Shown piece after piece: positions 31,490 through 42,026 of a DNA stretch of 64,000 nt. Positions within the stretch are counted from its first letter, which is position 1, and every line of letters starts with the position of its first letter. Both the position numbers and the translations under genes were made by a program. The notes below the pieces were generated by a model. That model made no database searches, had not been told where the DNA came from, and saw only the letters and a program-made list of their open reading frames with translations. The stretch lies in assembly GCA_965195345.1 (NCBI GenBank), contig OZ239628.1, positions 1,711,553-1,775,552 on the forward strand, read 5' to 3'. This DNA comes from an uncultured Thiomicrospira sp. (GTDB lineage Bacteria; Pseudomonadota; Gammaproteobacteria; CAKMZV01).

Positions 31490-33262
31490 TTGTATAATGC
31501 TAGCACTCGATACACAAAGAAACAAACCTTGAATCAACCAACCAAAACGCAGCAATATCTCCGACTATTGCAATATCTAAAGCAGGTAAAAGGCCTCGTA
31601 GCTATTGCAGTTGCTACCATGCTTATGGCAGCGGCAACAGAACCCTTGTTACCTGCGTTGATGGAGCCTTTAATTGATAGAAGCCTCATTGATAAAGATC
31701 GAACTTCAATTACTTGGATTCCACTTGCGATGCTTGCGCTATTTTTAGTGCGTGGCATCATTGATTACCTTAATCGAATAAGTACTGTTGCGATTGCTCA
31801 ACAATCGATAGAACAATTACGTAACCAAATGTTTGCAAAATTACAATACCTGCCTATGCACTCATTTGAAGAAAATACCAGTGGCTCTTTAATATCTCGA
31901 TTTACGTTTGATGTCAATCAGATGGCCAACGCTTTATCTGAAGCTTGGGTGGTATTAATTCGTGACTCACTGGTTGTTTTAGCACTTGTTTCCTATCTGC
32001 TATACTTGTCTTGGCAGTTATCATTGGTGCTGCTTTTAGTCGGTCCAATTGCAGGGTACATAATCCATCGAGCTTCTAATGCCATGCGCAAATATTCAGC
32101 AAATGCGCAGACTAAAATGGGCGATATGACTCATTTACTTGAAGAAAGTATTGAGGGACACCGTGATATAAAAATTTTTGCCGCTGAGCATACAGAGAAG
32201 AAAAGATTTAATAGTGTTTCTGCTGAAGTACGTGATCAATTATTGAAAATAAATCGAATTGCGGCACTTAATGTCCCATTGGTTCAGGTGATTGCGGCAA
32301 GTTCAGTAAGCGTTGTACTATATATTGCTTTTGAAATGAATGCCCACTCTTTACTTTCTCCGGGGGTATTCGTCTCATACATAACAGCAATGGCGTTATT
32401 GTTTGAGCCCATTCGCCGCCTTACTCACGTTAACCCCGAAATTCAAAAAGGCTTAGCCGCCGCCGATACATTGTTCGCCATTCTTGATGCACCAGTAGAA
32501 ATCGACAACGGAAACCAGGTCGCAACCAATATAAAAGGCGAAGTGCAGTTTAATGATGTGTTTTTTAATTACCCCAACGGTACAAAAGCACTTAAAGCCA
32601 TTACTTTCAACATTAAAGCTGGAGAAAAAGTTGCCATCGTAGGCACTTCAGGCAGCGGAAAATCAACGATCATGAATCTATTGATGCGTTTTTATCATCC
32701 TCAAAATGGTGAAATTTGTATTGATGGCATTCCAATTAATGCACTCACCCTTGAAAGTCTGCGCCAAAATATTGCATTAGTTAGCCAGAAAGTAGTACTC
32801 TTTGATGCTTCAGCAGGCAATAATATTGCTTTTGGAAGCAACTCCTGTGCAAGCAAAGCCGCGATTAAAGAAGCTGCCATTAATGCAGATGCAGATGCGT
32901 TCATTCAGACACTTGAGCATGGATACGACTCCAGAATAGGAGAAAATGGGTCATTGCTTTCTGGCGGACAACGACAACGCATAGCTATCGCTCGAGCATT
33001 TTTAAAAAACGCCCCCATTTTATTGCTTGACGAAGCATCATCAGCACTTGATAATGAATCTGAATCTGCCGTTCAAAAATCCATCGAAAAGTTAAGGCAA
33101 GGACGTACTACGCTGATTATTGCTCATCGACTATCGACCATAAAAAATGCAGATCGAATAATCGTAATGCAGAATGGAAAAATCATTGATCAAGGAAACC
33201 ATGAAACGCTTTTACATTCTTCAAAAGTCTATTCAAATCTTTACAAAGGAATGGAACGTTGA
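31490..33262 (+). CDS. ABC exporter, fused TMD-NBD, MsbA-like lipid/multidrug flippase
   Basis: 6-TM domain then Walker A GTSGSGKST, signature LSGGQRQRIAIARA, Walker B LLLDEASSALD. Confidence 0.8.
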   Translation: MYNASTRYTKKQTLNQPTKTQQYLRLLQYLKQVKGLVAIAVATMLMAAATEPLLPALMEPLIDRSLIDKDRTSITWIPLAMLALFLVRGIIDYLNRISTVAIAQQSIEQLRNQMFAKLQYLPMHSFEENTSGSLISRFTFDVNQMANALSEAWVVLIRDSLVVLALVSYLLYLSWQLSLVLLLVGPIAGYIIHRASNAMRKYSANAQTKMGDMTHLLEESIEGHRDIKIFAAEHTEKKRFNSVSAEVRDQLLKINRIAALNVPLVQVIAASSVSVVLYIAFEMNAHSLLSPGVFVSYITAMALLFEPIRRLTHVNPEIQKGLAAADTLFAILDAPVEIDNGNQVATNIKGEVQFNDVFFNYPNGTKALKAITFNIKAGEKVAIVGTSGSGKSTIMNLLMRFYHPQNGEICIDGIPINALTLESLRQNIALVSQKVVLFDASAGNNIAFGSNSCASKAAIKEAAINADADAFIQTLEHGYDSRIGENGSLLSGGQRQRIAIARAFLKNAPILLLDEASSALDNESESAVQKSIEKLRQGRTTLIIAHRLSTIKNADRIIVMQNGKIIDQGNHETLLHSSKVYSNLYKGMER

Positions 33263-33345
33263 TGAAGACATTCTCCAATATCCATTTATACACTTGTTTG
33301 GAGTTTCTTTAAGAAAAACCAAGATAAAAAGAGTCTTTCAGCCAA

Positions 33346-34080
33346 TCATTTAGGCAGATCTTTATCTGAAGAATAATTAGGCAGATCTTTTAAGTCAATT
33401 TCTTCAATATTTGCTTTTTTCAAAGAACCATTGATTTTCTCGAGTTTTTCATCAAGCAACTTTAAGTGATCTACCACGGCAGTAAATGCTTCTACCTCAG
33501 GATCGGGGGCATCAGGATTTAACCCATACGCCTCAAAACCCACTTTGGAAAACAAAGACGTTTGCGTAGTAACAATTTTTGCAGGGATGCCAACTGCAGT
33601 TGCTCCTGCTGGGACTTCCTTTACAACCACTGCATTTGAGCCAACACGAGCGTTATCGCCAATCAGTATTGGTCCCAATATTTTAGCGCCAGCACCAACA
33701 ATTACTCCATCACCTAACGTTGGATGGCGTTTGACTTTTTGCCATGTAGTTCCTCCAAGCGTTACTCCTTGATAAACTGAACAATCATTGCCTATTTCAG
33801 TAGTTGCTCCAATAACAATACCCATGCCGTGATCTACAAAAAAACGTTCACCAATCTTTGCACCTGGATGAATTTCAACGCCAGTAAGTAAGCGCCCTAC
33901 GTTAGAGAGCATTCGCGCAATTGTACACAGACCAATATTCCAAAGAACATGGGTAACTCTATACATATATACTGAATGGATACCTGTGTGTGTCAATACG
34001 ACTTCCAAAACGCCTCGAGCTGCAGGGTCTCTTTCCAGAACGCATAAAGTATCCTGTCTAAAATGTCTAAAAAAACTCAT
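33346..34080 (-). CDS. cysE: serine O-acetyltransferase
   Basis: left-handed beta-helix hexapeptide repeats; GVEIHPGAKIGERFFVDHGMGIVIG matches the CysE core. Confidence 0.8.
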   Translation of the reverse strand: MSFFRHFRQDTLCVLERDPAARGVLEVVLTHTGIHSVYMYRVTHVLWNIGLCTIARMLSNVGRLLTGVEIHPGAKIGERFFVDHGMGIVIGATTEIGNDCSVYQGVTLGGTTWQKVKRHPTLGDGVIVGAGAKILGPILIGDNARVGSNAVVVKEVPAGATAVGIPAKIVTTQTSLFSKVGFEAYGLNPDAPDPEVEAFTAVVDHLKLLDEKLEKINGSLKKANIEEIDLKDLPNYSSDKDLPK

Positions 34081-34099
34081 ATTTGTTTAACTTCTTTTT

Positions 34100-34624
34100 T
34101 CACTCTTTATAGCGCGCCATACCAGCAGTAATCTCATTTTTTGCAACATCCACATCTCCCCAACCATCAATATTTACCCACTTCCCTGGTTCTAAAGATT
34201 TGTAGTGCGTGAAAAAATGTTCAATCTGTTCTTTAATGAGCGGAATGTCTTCAATTTTTTTCACATGTTTATAAATAGGCGTCAACTTGTCAACAGGAAC
34301 TGCAATAACTTTTGCATCCTTACCACCGTCATCTGTCATTTCAAGCACACCAATAGGACGCGCTCGAATTACTGAACCTATCACCAGTGGATACGGCGTG
34401 ATAACTAACACATCAACAGGATCACCATCTTCCGCCAATGTATTGTTAAGATAACCATAGTTAGCAGGATAGAACATCGGAGAGGACATAAAACGATCAA
34501 CCCATACACTAGCCGTTTCTTTATCCACCTCGTATTTAACCGGAGCTGCGTTGGCGGGTATTTCAATAATGACATTTATGTCTTTAGGCGCGTCTTTACC
34601 AGTAGGAATATTTGCTATACTCAT
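34100..34624 (-). CDS. ppa: inorganic pyrophosphatase
   Basis: 174 aa; DGDPVDVLV and the family I PPase pattern. Confidence 0.95.
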   Translation of the reverse strand: MSIANIPTGKDAPKDINVIIEIPANAAPVKYEVDKETASVWVDRFMSSPMFYPANYGYLNNTLAEDGDPVDVLVITPYPLVIGSVIRARPIGVLEMTDDGGKDAKVIAVPVDKLTPIYKHVKKIEDIPLIKEQIEHFFTHYKSLEPGKWVNIDGWGDVDVAKNEITAGMARYKE

Positions 34625-35014
34625 GATTCTTTTATTTCCAAAATATTAATCGATAATCGTGATTGTACCAATTTACAGCGTTTCCTTTTCTTTGGAGATG
34701 AAATTATTTAACACATTAGAGGTGTATACTTTTAAGAAGAGTAGTTTTTATTAAAAATAACTACTTCGTGATGTTGCTATGCATTGATCCTTGAAGCATT
34801 AAAAAATCGATGGAAATAAATCATTAGTAATGATATGAAAATAAACTTGATAGGCATCAAATCCTTGCAAAACGATTAAAATGATAAATATTAATAGTAA
34901 CTTTGTATAATGCCATAACTTTGATATTTAATGATATTGAAATAAAACCGTTTTTTTACAAAATCACCTTGCACAGGAGACCTATTTCATGTTGCTAATT
35001 TCCTCAAAACAACG

Positions 35015-37429
35015 ATGAAGACGCATGCTCGAGTAGTAGTGATCGGAGGGGGTATTGCTGGCTGTTCAACGCTCTATCATCTAACACGCGAAGGATGGAA
35101 TGATGTTGTACTGATTGAGCGCGACGAATTAACATCGGGGTCAACTTGGCATGCTGCTGCTCAAGTCACTCAGTTTGGCGCAAACCAGACAATGGTTGCC
35201 TTAAAGAGACACAGCATCAACCTTTACCGTGAGCTTGCTGCTGATTCAACTCATCCGTTTGCCTATCACATAACAGGTGGCATGCGACTTGCCCACACGC
35301 AAGAGCAGGTCGATACCTACAAACACTTTGTCAGTATGGCGAGTGGTGTGAATGTTGAGATGGAATTTATCGGCGTGGAGGAAGTCGGAAAACGCCACCC
35401 ACTTATTAATACCAAAGGTCTGATCGGAGCTTGGTGGGACCCTCTGGATGGCGACATAGACCCTGCTGGAATAACGCTCGCACTTGCTCGGAAAGCTCGC
35501 GAAGCTGGTGCCGAAGTCTATCGATTCAATCCCGTCGAAAATATCACACGCAAAGCAAATGGTGAGTTCATAGTGCATACTAAAAATGGCGACATCACTT
35601 GTGAAAAAGTGGTCAATGCTACCGGCTACCGCGTGAATGAAGTAGGTAACATGCTTGGCGTTACCCATCCAGTGACATCGATGGAACACATGTATTTTGT
35701 AACCGACACATTGCCAGAGCTTGAAGCTTTGGACTTTATGGTGCCAATTATTCGAGATCCGGGTGATGACTTTTATTCTCGCCAAGAAAAGAATGGATTG
35801 CTGGTAGGAATCTATGAACAAGGCTGTAAAACTTTTGGTATGGATGGCATTGATCCGAACTTCACCCAAGCCCTGTGCCCATCAGACCTTGATCGCTGTC
35901 TCGATAACATGGAACAAATTTTTGAACGACTCCCTGCTTTAGAAAAGGCTGGAATCCATTCTGTTATCAACGGACCTATCACCTACACGATTGATGGCGC
36001 ACCACTAATCGGGCAAATACCAGGCATTGAAAACGCCTACTGTGCGCTTGGTCTTCGAGCAGGTATTGGTGAAGCAGGTGGGCATGGCAAAATACTCGCT
36101 GAAATTATCGTTCATGGTGAGTCTGAATGGGATGCTTGGTGTTTAGACCCTCGGCGTTTTACTCAGTACGCGACAACAGAATTCACTTCCATCAAAACTA
36201 TTGAAGACTATCAAAACGAATTTCACTATCACCTTCCTCACGAACATCGACCAGCTGGACGTCCAATTCGTACAACACCGTTGTATCCACTACTCGATCA
36301 AATGGATTGCGCTTGGGGCGTCGTCAACGGTTGGGAAAGAGCACTGTTTTTCAAACCCAGTCGAGATTTTATCGATGAGCACAGCTATCGATTTACGCCA
36401 ACCAAAGACATTGTTGCCGCAGAGATTGCGCACCTTCAAAACCATGTAAGCGTGATGGAAGTTTCAGGCTTCAATCGCTATGAAATAAGCGGAGAAGGCG
36501 TAGAAGCGTTTCTAAATCATATGGTTTGTGGACATGTTCCGACAGAGATTGGCAAGCTTAGTCTTTGTTATCTATTGACTAAGAAAGGTAATGTCCTAAG
36601 TGAAGCCACGTTGGTCAAACTCGATGAGAATCTCTACTGGTGGGGTTCAGCAGCGGCATCCGAATGGCATGATCGTGATTGGTTAAATCATTTCAAACCC
36701 AAATCTGTCACTCTCACTGAACTTACAAACAGCCATACTACACTGGTTGTTGCTGGTCCCAAATCACGATCACTGCTGCAGGAAGTTTCTCCACGCTTTG
36801 ACTTTACTGGAAAATCTCTTGGATGGTTGCGTTGTCAGGCGATATGCATTGGCCACGTTGAGGTGGTTGTCATGAACGTGAGTTATTCAGGTGAGCTTTC
36901 CTATGAGTTGCATGTGCCGAACACTCAGCTAATCACTGTATGGAATACTCTCAAACAAGCTGGTAAGCAGTACAACATGGGTGCCTTTGGCCTTTACGCT
37001 ACTGAGTCGATGCGATTAGAGAAAGGTTTTCTGCATTGGAAGGCGGATCTGATTTATGAATACAATCCGTTCGAGGCAGGTCTGGATCGTTTCGTAAAAA
37101 TGGATAAATCCGATTTCATAGGCAAAGCTGCACTTATTAAGCAGGTTGAACGTGGCCCACGCAAACAGCTAGTATCACTAACTGTTGATTGCGATTTTGC
37201 CAGTGCCCATAACGGTGCTCCAGTATTTGCAGATGGTAATCTGACAGGCTCAGTTACTTCTGCTGGCTTCGGCCATCGAGTGAACAAAAATATTGCCTAC
37301 GCCTATGTTCAACCAGAACATGCTGTCACTGGAATGAAATTGCAAGTAAATATTCTTGGAGAGCGTTATGATTGCGCAGTCGTACCGCCCGCTTTGTACG
37401 ACCCGAAGTATGAGCGGATTCGAACGTGA
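35015..37429 (+). CDS. dimethylglycine/sarcosine dehydrogenase-like protein (FAD DAO domain fused to GcvT-type folate-binding domain)
   Basis: N-terminal VVVIGGGIAGCS dinucleotide fold; C-terminal roughly 400 aa aminomethyltransferase-like; 804 aa. Confidence 0.8.
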   Translation: MKTHARVVVIGGGIAGCSTLYHLTREGWNDVVLIERDELTSGSTWHAAAQVTQFGANQTMVALKRHSINLYRELAADSTHPFAYHITGGMRLAHTQEQVDTYKHFVSMASGVNVEMEFIGVEEVGKRHPLINTKGLIGAWWDPLDGDIDPAGITLALARKAREAGAEVYRFNPVENITRKANGEFIVHTKNGDITCEKVVNATGYRVNEVGNMLGVTHPVTSMEHMYFVTDTLPELEALDFMVPIIRDPGDDFYSRQEKNGLLVGIYEQGCKTFGMDGIDPNFTQALCPSDLDRCLDNMEQIFERLPALEKAGIHSVINGPITYTIDGAPLIGQIPGIENAYCALGLRAGIGEAGGHGKILAEIIVHGESEWDAWCLDPRRFTQYATTEFTSIKTIEDYQNEFHYHLPHEHRPAGRPIRTTPLYPLLDQMDCAWGVVNGWERALFFKPSRDFIDEHSYRFTPTKDIVAAEIAHLQNHVSVMEVSGFNRYEISGEGVEAFLNHMVCGHVPTEIGKLSLCYLLTKKGNVLSEATLVKLDENLYWWGSAAASEWHDRDWLNHFKPKSVTLTELTNSHTTLVVAGPKSRSLLQEVSPRFDFTGKSLGWLRCQAICIGHVEVVVMNVSYSGELSYELHVPNTQLITVWNTLKQAGKQYNMGAFGLYATESMRLEKGFLHWKADLIYEYNPFEAGLDRFVKMDKSDFIGKAALIKQVERGPRKQLVSLTVDCDFASAHNGAPVFADGNLTGSVTSAGFGHRVNKNIAYAYVQPEHAVTGMKLQVNILGERYDCAVVPPALYDPKYERIRT

Positions 37430-37481
37430 ATAACTAAAATCATTGCGCCTGCATACAGCACAATGAGCATTTAAACACACG

Positions 37482-38672
37482 ATGTTGATGATTAAAAAGA
37501 TCAGAAAATTTCTGTTTTTTGGTTTGATTGCATGTACTCTGCCTTCTCTAGCCCAGCCCCTTAACATATGCCTTGAACCACAAGGTAAAAAAGTGTTTGA
37601 AAATCCAACCGGGATTATATGGTTAGAACGCCGTAACGGTTGGTTCGTATTAGAAAAGCGTGGACGCCTATACTTCTATGATGCTCAAAATAACGTTAAA
37701 GAACTTGTAGCAAACTGGCAAAAGCGTGTTAATGACTCTTTTGAAGGGGGGCTACTAAGCGTTGCTCTTGACCCTAACTTCTTTGAAAATAGATATATTT
37801 ATACCCATATGACTTTAGCAGGCGAAGAAACGATATCTGCTATCGAACGCTGGACAATTTCTTCCGATGGATTGGTGCAGTTGGATTCATTGAAAACTAT
37901 CCTCACACAAATACAGCCTTATGACAATCACAACGGTGGACGTATTGCTTTTGGTCCTGATGGGTATCTTTATGTAGGGTTTGGCGACGGTGGACTGGCT
38001 GGAGATCCAAATGCCAATGCGCAAAATGTTAGCAATTTGCTCGGCGCAATTTTGCGTATTAACGTACATACTCAAGAGCGCTATTTAATACCTGAAGATA
38101 ATCCTTTTTTGCTAAGTTCTTTCGACAAATACCACGCACCAATGAAAAAAGAAAGTCGTCCAGAAATCTATGCATGGGGTTTGCGCAATCCTTGGCAATT
38201 TAGCTTTGACTCTCTTACAGGCGATTTATGGTTAGCCGATGTTGGAGAAAACCAGCAGGAAGAAATAAATTTAATACTCAAAGGTCACAATTATGGATGG
38301 GATTGCTATGAGGGGACACTGGAATTTGAGCCAAATAACTGGTGCACTGCCAATAAAAAACTTTTAGATTTTCCATACACCACATATTCTCGCTCGCTCG
38401 GAAAATCCGTTGTTGGAGGGTATGTGTATCGTGGAGAAAAATATACAGACTGGTTTGGAAAATATTTTTTTGCAGACTTCATCAGCGGTAGGATTTGGAC
38501 GTTCCCAACATCTAAGCTATTATTGAAAAAAAAACGCCAACCATTTCATGAAACCTATAAAGGCAACATGTTCATCAGCAGTTTCGCTGAAGACGGCGAA
38601 GGTGAGCTCTACGTTGTTGGATATTACTCTGGACGTATATACGCATTAAAAGAGCAATGTAAAAAACATTGA
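37482..38672 (+). CDS. PQQ-dependent soluble sugar (aldose/sorbosone) dehydrogenase-like beta-propeller, secreted
   Basis: signal peptide; HNGGRIAFGPDGYLYVGFGDGG and LLGAILRINV motifs of the GSDH/YliI family. Confidence 0.7.
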   Translation: MLMIKKIRKFLFFGLIACTLPSLAQPLNICLEPQGKKVFENPTGIIWLERRNGWFVLEKRGRLYFYDAQNNVKELVANWQKRVNDSFEGGLLSVALDPNFFENRYIYTHMTLAGEETISAIERWTISSDGLVQLDSLKTILTQIQPYDNHNGGRIAFGPDGYLYVGFGDGGLAGDPNANAQNVSNLLGAILRINVHTQERYLIPEDNPFLLSSFDKYHAPMKKESRPEIYAWGLRNPWQFSFDSLTGDLWLADVGENQQEEINLILKGHNYGWDCYEGTLEFEPNNWCTANKKLLDFPYTTYSRSLGKSVVGGYVYRGEKYTDWFGKYFFADFISGRIWTFPTSKLLLKKKRQPFHETYKGNMFISSFAEDGEGELYVVGYYSGRIYALKEQCKKH

Positions 38673-38769
38673 AACCAGCGCATATTTACTACTTATTAAG
38701 CCGATTTATTGAGTAAATTTGAAAAAAAGATAGCTGAAAAATGATGCTCTTGAAACAGCACTAATTCAT

Positions 38770-39423
38770 TTATTTAATCGTGCTGAGACAGCTTTCTATC
38801 TGTTCACTAATCGATTTTATATCTGCTTCTCCGTCAATGGCAAAATAGACAGAAGAACCGTCGCATGTCTTACTATTGTAGTGCCTCGTGAGCGGTTTAG
38901 TTTGCTCATGATACACCTCAAGCCTCGCTCGAACCGTTTCTTCTTTGTCATCATCACGTTGAACTAAAGCTTCACCTGTTAGATCATCTATCCCCTCTTT
39001 TTTTGGAGGATTGTATATAGTATGATAGGTACGCCCACTCGGTTTATGCACTCTGCGTCCACTCAAACGTTTCACCAATTTATCATCAGAAACAACAATT
39101 TCAACGACTACATCAATGACTACACCCGCTTTTTCCAAAGCGTCTGCTTGGGCTAACGTTCTAGGGAAACCATCAAAAATATACCCTTTTTTAGAAGTCT
39201 TTTGACCAACACGCTCGATCACTAAGCCGATGATAATTTCATCTGGAACCAACTCGCCAGAATCCATATAGCCCTTTGCTTTCATCCCTAAATCGGTTTG
39301 GTTGATAACCGCTTCGCGAAGCATGTCGCCTGTGGATATTTGTGCAAGGTCAAACAAATCCATGATTTTTTGAGCTTGTGTTCCTTTGCCAGCTCCGGGG
39401 GGGCCTAGAAAAATAACGCGCAT
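38770..39423 (-). CDS. adk: adenylate kinase
   Basis: [17 protein letters not shown]-loop and LID region; 217 aa. Confidence 0.95.
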   Translation of the reverse strand: MRVIFLGPPGAGKGTQAQKIMDLFDLAQISTGDMLREAVINQTDLGMKAKGYMDSGELVPDEIIIGLVIERVGQKTSKKGYIFDGFPRTLAQADALEKAGVVIDVVVEIVVSDDKLVKRLSGRRVHKPSGRTYHTIYNPPKKEGIDDLTGEALVQRDDDKEETVRARLEVYHEQTKPLTRHYNSKTCDGSSVYFAIDGEADIKSISEQIESCLSTIK

Positions 39424-39493
39424 ATTACCTTATTTGATATTGAAAAACATATGCTCTATTATAGCGTAGAATACCGATTTCCCTGTAGTCACT

Positions 39494-40549
39494 ATGCTTA
39501 AAGTACTTAAAAAATGGTATCAATCCACTGATATTGATCTAACGAAAGATTTTGAGGATTTGTTTGCTCAAAAAGGCATCGTAATGGATGAGCAACAACA
39601 ACGAGCTATTGTTCATCTTGACGTTCTCTTAAAAACCATTCATTCATCGAATTCTTTTCAGAAAAATCAAAGCATCGGTGTGTATTTATGGGGTGGCGTT
39701 GGCCGTGGAAAAACGATGATTATGAACGCTTTTTTTCAAAAATTAAAACGAAAAAAAATACGATTACACTATCACGAGCTGCTTCAGCAACTGCTTAATC
39801 AACTAAAAATATTTGACAAGACAGACAATCCTATGGATTCGGTCATACATCAGCTCGCTGATAATGCAAAGGTATTGTGCATAGATGATTTGCATATTCA
39901 CGACATCGTCGATGGCACACTATGGCAAGGTGTTTATCAAAATGCCGTTAAACGCAAACTATTCCTAGTAATCACTTCCAACTATCACCCTGATAAATTA
40001 CTCGATATTCCTGGCTATCAATTTAAAATTCGTCCTGTTCTTGATGCAATGAAACAGAATATGGAAATAATCCAATTGGACGCTGGCGTTGACTATCGTT
40101 ATCAAAAGCTTGAAAACCCACCTTCAACAAGGAATATGCAAGACGAAGCGCTTGATGCGATTTTCGCTCAGTTAATCGATAATGAGATAACTGTTCAAAA
40201 TGGTGTGATAACGATTCAACACCGTCCAATTCAATATCTTAGAAAGAATGAAAAAATTATTTGGTTTGAGTTTGATGAAATTTGCGGAAGCATAAGATCT
40301 TACCGTGATTATCTCGATTTAAGCGATGCCTTTTCAACGTTTTTTGTCTCAGGAATCAATGAAGAAAACATTCAAGACCCTATTTGGCTCAAACGTTTTA
40401 TCTGGCTGGTTGATATCCTCTATGATAGAAATATCCCTTTTTATCTGGGCTCTTCAGAACCTGTACTTAATTTGATAAAAAAAGCACCTTCAATCGTTGA
40501 CTTTGATAGAACAAAAAGTCGATTAAAGCAGATGCTTTTTCTTACGTAG
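39494..40549 (+). CDS. zapE: cell-division ATPase ZapE (AFG1-like)
   Basis: YLWGGVGRGKTMIMNAFF Walker A and AFG1/ZapE family layout. Confidence 0.75.
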   Translation: MLKVLKKWYQSTDIDLTKDFEDLFAQKGIVMDEQQQRAIVHLDVLLKTIHSSNSFQKNQSIGVYLWGGVGRGKTMIMNAFFQKLKRKKIRLHYHELLQQLLNQLKIFDKTDNPMDSVIHQLADNAKVLCIDDLHIHDIVDGTLWQGVYQNAVKRKLFLVITSNYHPDKLLDIPGYQFKIRPVLDAMKQNMEIIQLDAGVDYRYQKLENPPSTRNMQDEALDAIFAQLIDNEITVQNGVITIQHRPIQYLRKNEKIIWFEFDEICGSIRSYRDYLDLSDAFSTFFVSGINEENIQDPIWLKRFIWLVDILYDRNIPFYLGSSEPVLNLIKKAPSIVDFDRTKSRLKQMLFLT

Positions 40550-40648
40550 CTTGACATTAACGACCGTATTAAGGATTAGATGATATTAAGCATCCTGTAT
40601 ATTTTTCATGAAATGGCTGGTAAGCGATTGCGACCAAGCACTGTGTTT

Positions 40649-41098
40649 TTATTGTACATTCAAGGAATCTACGCACACTAACTCCTTTCGCATGACAATG
40701 GCACTATCAGGACACAGTACACGAAATTCTTCACATTGTTTTATGCAAACAGGGGCGTTTTCTTTTTGTATTGTTTCATAACCGAGGGCAGAAAAATACA
40801 ATTCTGCGGTATTCGTTAGCAAATACATTATTCGAACATTATTCTCTTGCGCGTGTTTTTCAATTTCTCGCACTAACTTTAATCCAATACCACGACTTCT
40901 GAAATCACTCGACACCGCCAATGAACGTAATAAAGCTTCTCTTCCAAAATTTTCCAAACCTACCAATGCACATAATGTGTCATTTTCGTAATAACCGATA
41001 AATTGACTTAAATCTAATTTTTGCAAATCTTCCGTAGGCAAATCACTGCTTGCCAATATTTGATGAACATCCTCAATAGATGGATTGAATTGAATCAT
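40649..41098 (-). CDS. GNAT family N-acetyltransferase
   Basis: acetyl-CoA binding motif RSRGIGLKLV..., 149 aa. Confidence 0.7.
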   Translation of the reverse strand: MIQFNPSIEDVHQILASSDLPTEDLQKLDLSQFIGYYENDTLCALVGLENFGREALLRSLAVSSDFRSRGIGLKLVREIEKHAQENNVRIMYLLTNTAELYFSALGYETIQKENAPVCIKQCEEFRVLCPDSAIVMRKELVCVDSLNVQ

Positions 41099-41937
41099 AT
41101 AGTGAAACGCTCTCCTGTTTCTAAAGATTGATAGATATTATAAAGCACCTTAGCACCCGCATTATCTACATTAGGGGCACCTAACCCTTCAATAACGTGT
41201 CTTTTATCGAGGGTTCTAAATTCAAAACTAAATCGCACCTTATTGGAAGTATTAGGAATTGAATCGTGTAAATGCGCAGAAGAGAACGCTAAACATTGAT
41301 CGGGTTCAATTACTACAGCAACGCCGTTTTTTGGCTCTTCAAGGCTCGATGGCGCTCCCTTGTAGTCAAGTTTTTCTCCCGCCTTAGCGGCTTTTTTCTT
41401 TTGCATGTACGTAGAAAAAGACCACGAATCAGTATCATTGGGCATGGGATTATTCCAATAATGTGGGTAAAAACGAATAGTACGGTTTGTATCAATTGGG
41501 TATATTGGCGCCCACCAATTTACCTGCGCTTGAACGTTAACTCCCCACGTGTCACGATGAGCATGTACATGATCATGCAACCAACGCTTCTCATAAAAAT
41601 TCACGGGCGGTGCAGCGCGTAAAATAATTTTATCCCAATATAAAAATGTAGAGTCAATACCCCATGACTTGAAAACTTGACGAACCGTATCTCGCTGTTC
41701 ATTCTGAATAGCTTCACGAGCCTTAACAAGTAGTGCTATGAAATGCGTATGATCAATATGATTATGAGCATCTGTTGGATGATAAGGCATAAAAACCTCT
41801 TCCAAAATGCCTGCCATTTTCTTGCGCCATTGCGCAAAAAAAGCATCTGTAGGTTGAACACAGAACAACTGTCCTGAAAAAATCTGTGGATAAAACTTTT
41901 CTTCTAACGGCGAACCAATAATTTTCAAAAAATCCAT
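41095..41937 (-). CDS. hypothetical protein, His-rich (possible metal-dependent oxygenase/hydrolase); unknown
   Basis: 280 aa; HNHIDHTH and LHDHVHAHRD His clusters; overlaps the GNAT start by 4 nt (operon). Confidence 0.4.
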   Translation of the reverse strand: MDFLKIIGSPLEEKFYPQIFSGQLFCVQPTDAFFAQWRKKMAGILEEVFMPYHPTDAHNHIDHTHFIALLVKAREAIQNEQRDTVRQVFKSWGIDSTFLYWDKIILRAAPPVNFYEKRWLHDHVHAHRDTWGVNVQAQVNWWAPIYPIDTNRTIRFYPHYWNNPMPNDTDSWSFSTYMQKKKAAKAGEKLDYKGAPSSLEEPKNGVAVVIEPDQCLAFSSAHLHDSIPNTSNKVRFSFEFRTLDKRHVIEGLGAPNVDNAGAKVLYNIYQSLETGERFTI

Positions 41938-42026
41938 ATCCCACCTCTTAACAAAATTTATATCCCAGTAACCAACTATAAATTAAGTTAAGTCTGGGCA
42001 GCATAACTGCCCAGACTTTGAAAGTT

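Noticed and set aside
35246-35869. 207-aa minus-strand ORF inside the DMGDH-like gene
   Set aside because: Antisense to a high-confidence FAD-domain coding region, His/Cys-rich low-complexity translation, no RBS.
37395-37425. GTTCGAATCC-like T-loop motif on the minus strand (possible tRNA that could serve as island attachment site)
   Set aside because: Flanking bases do not form a T-stem or acceptor stem, and the segment lies inside the DMGDH-like coding sequence. Not a tRNA.
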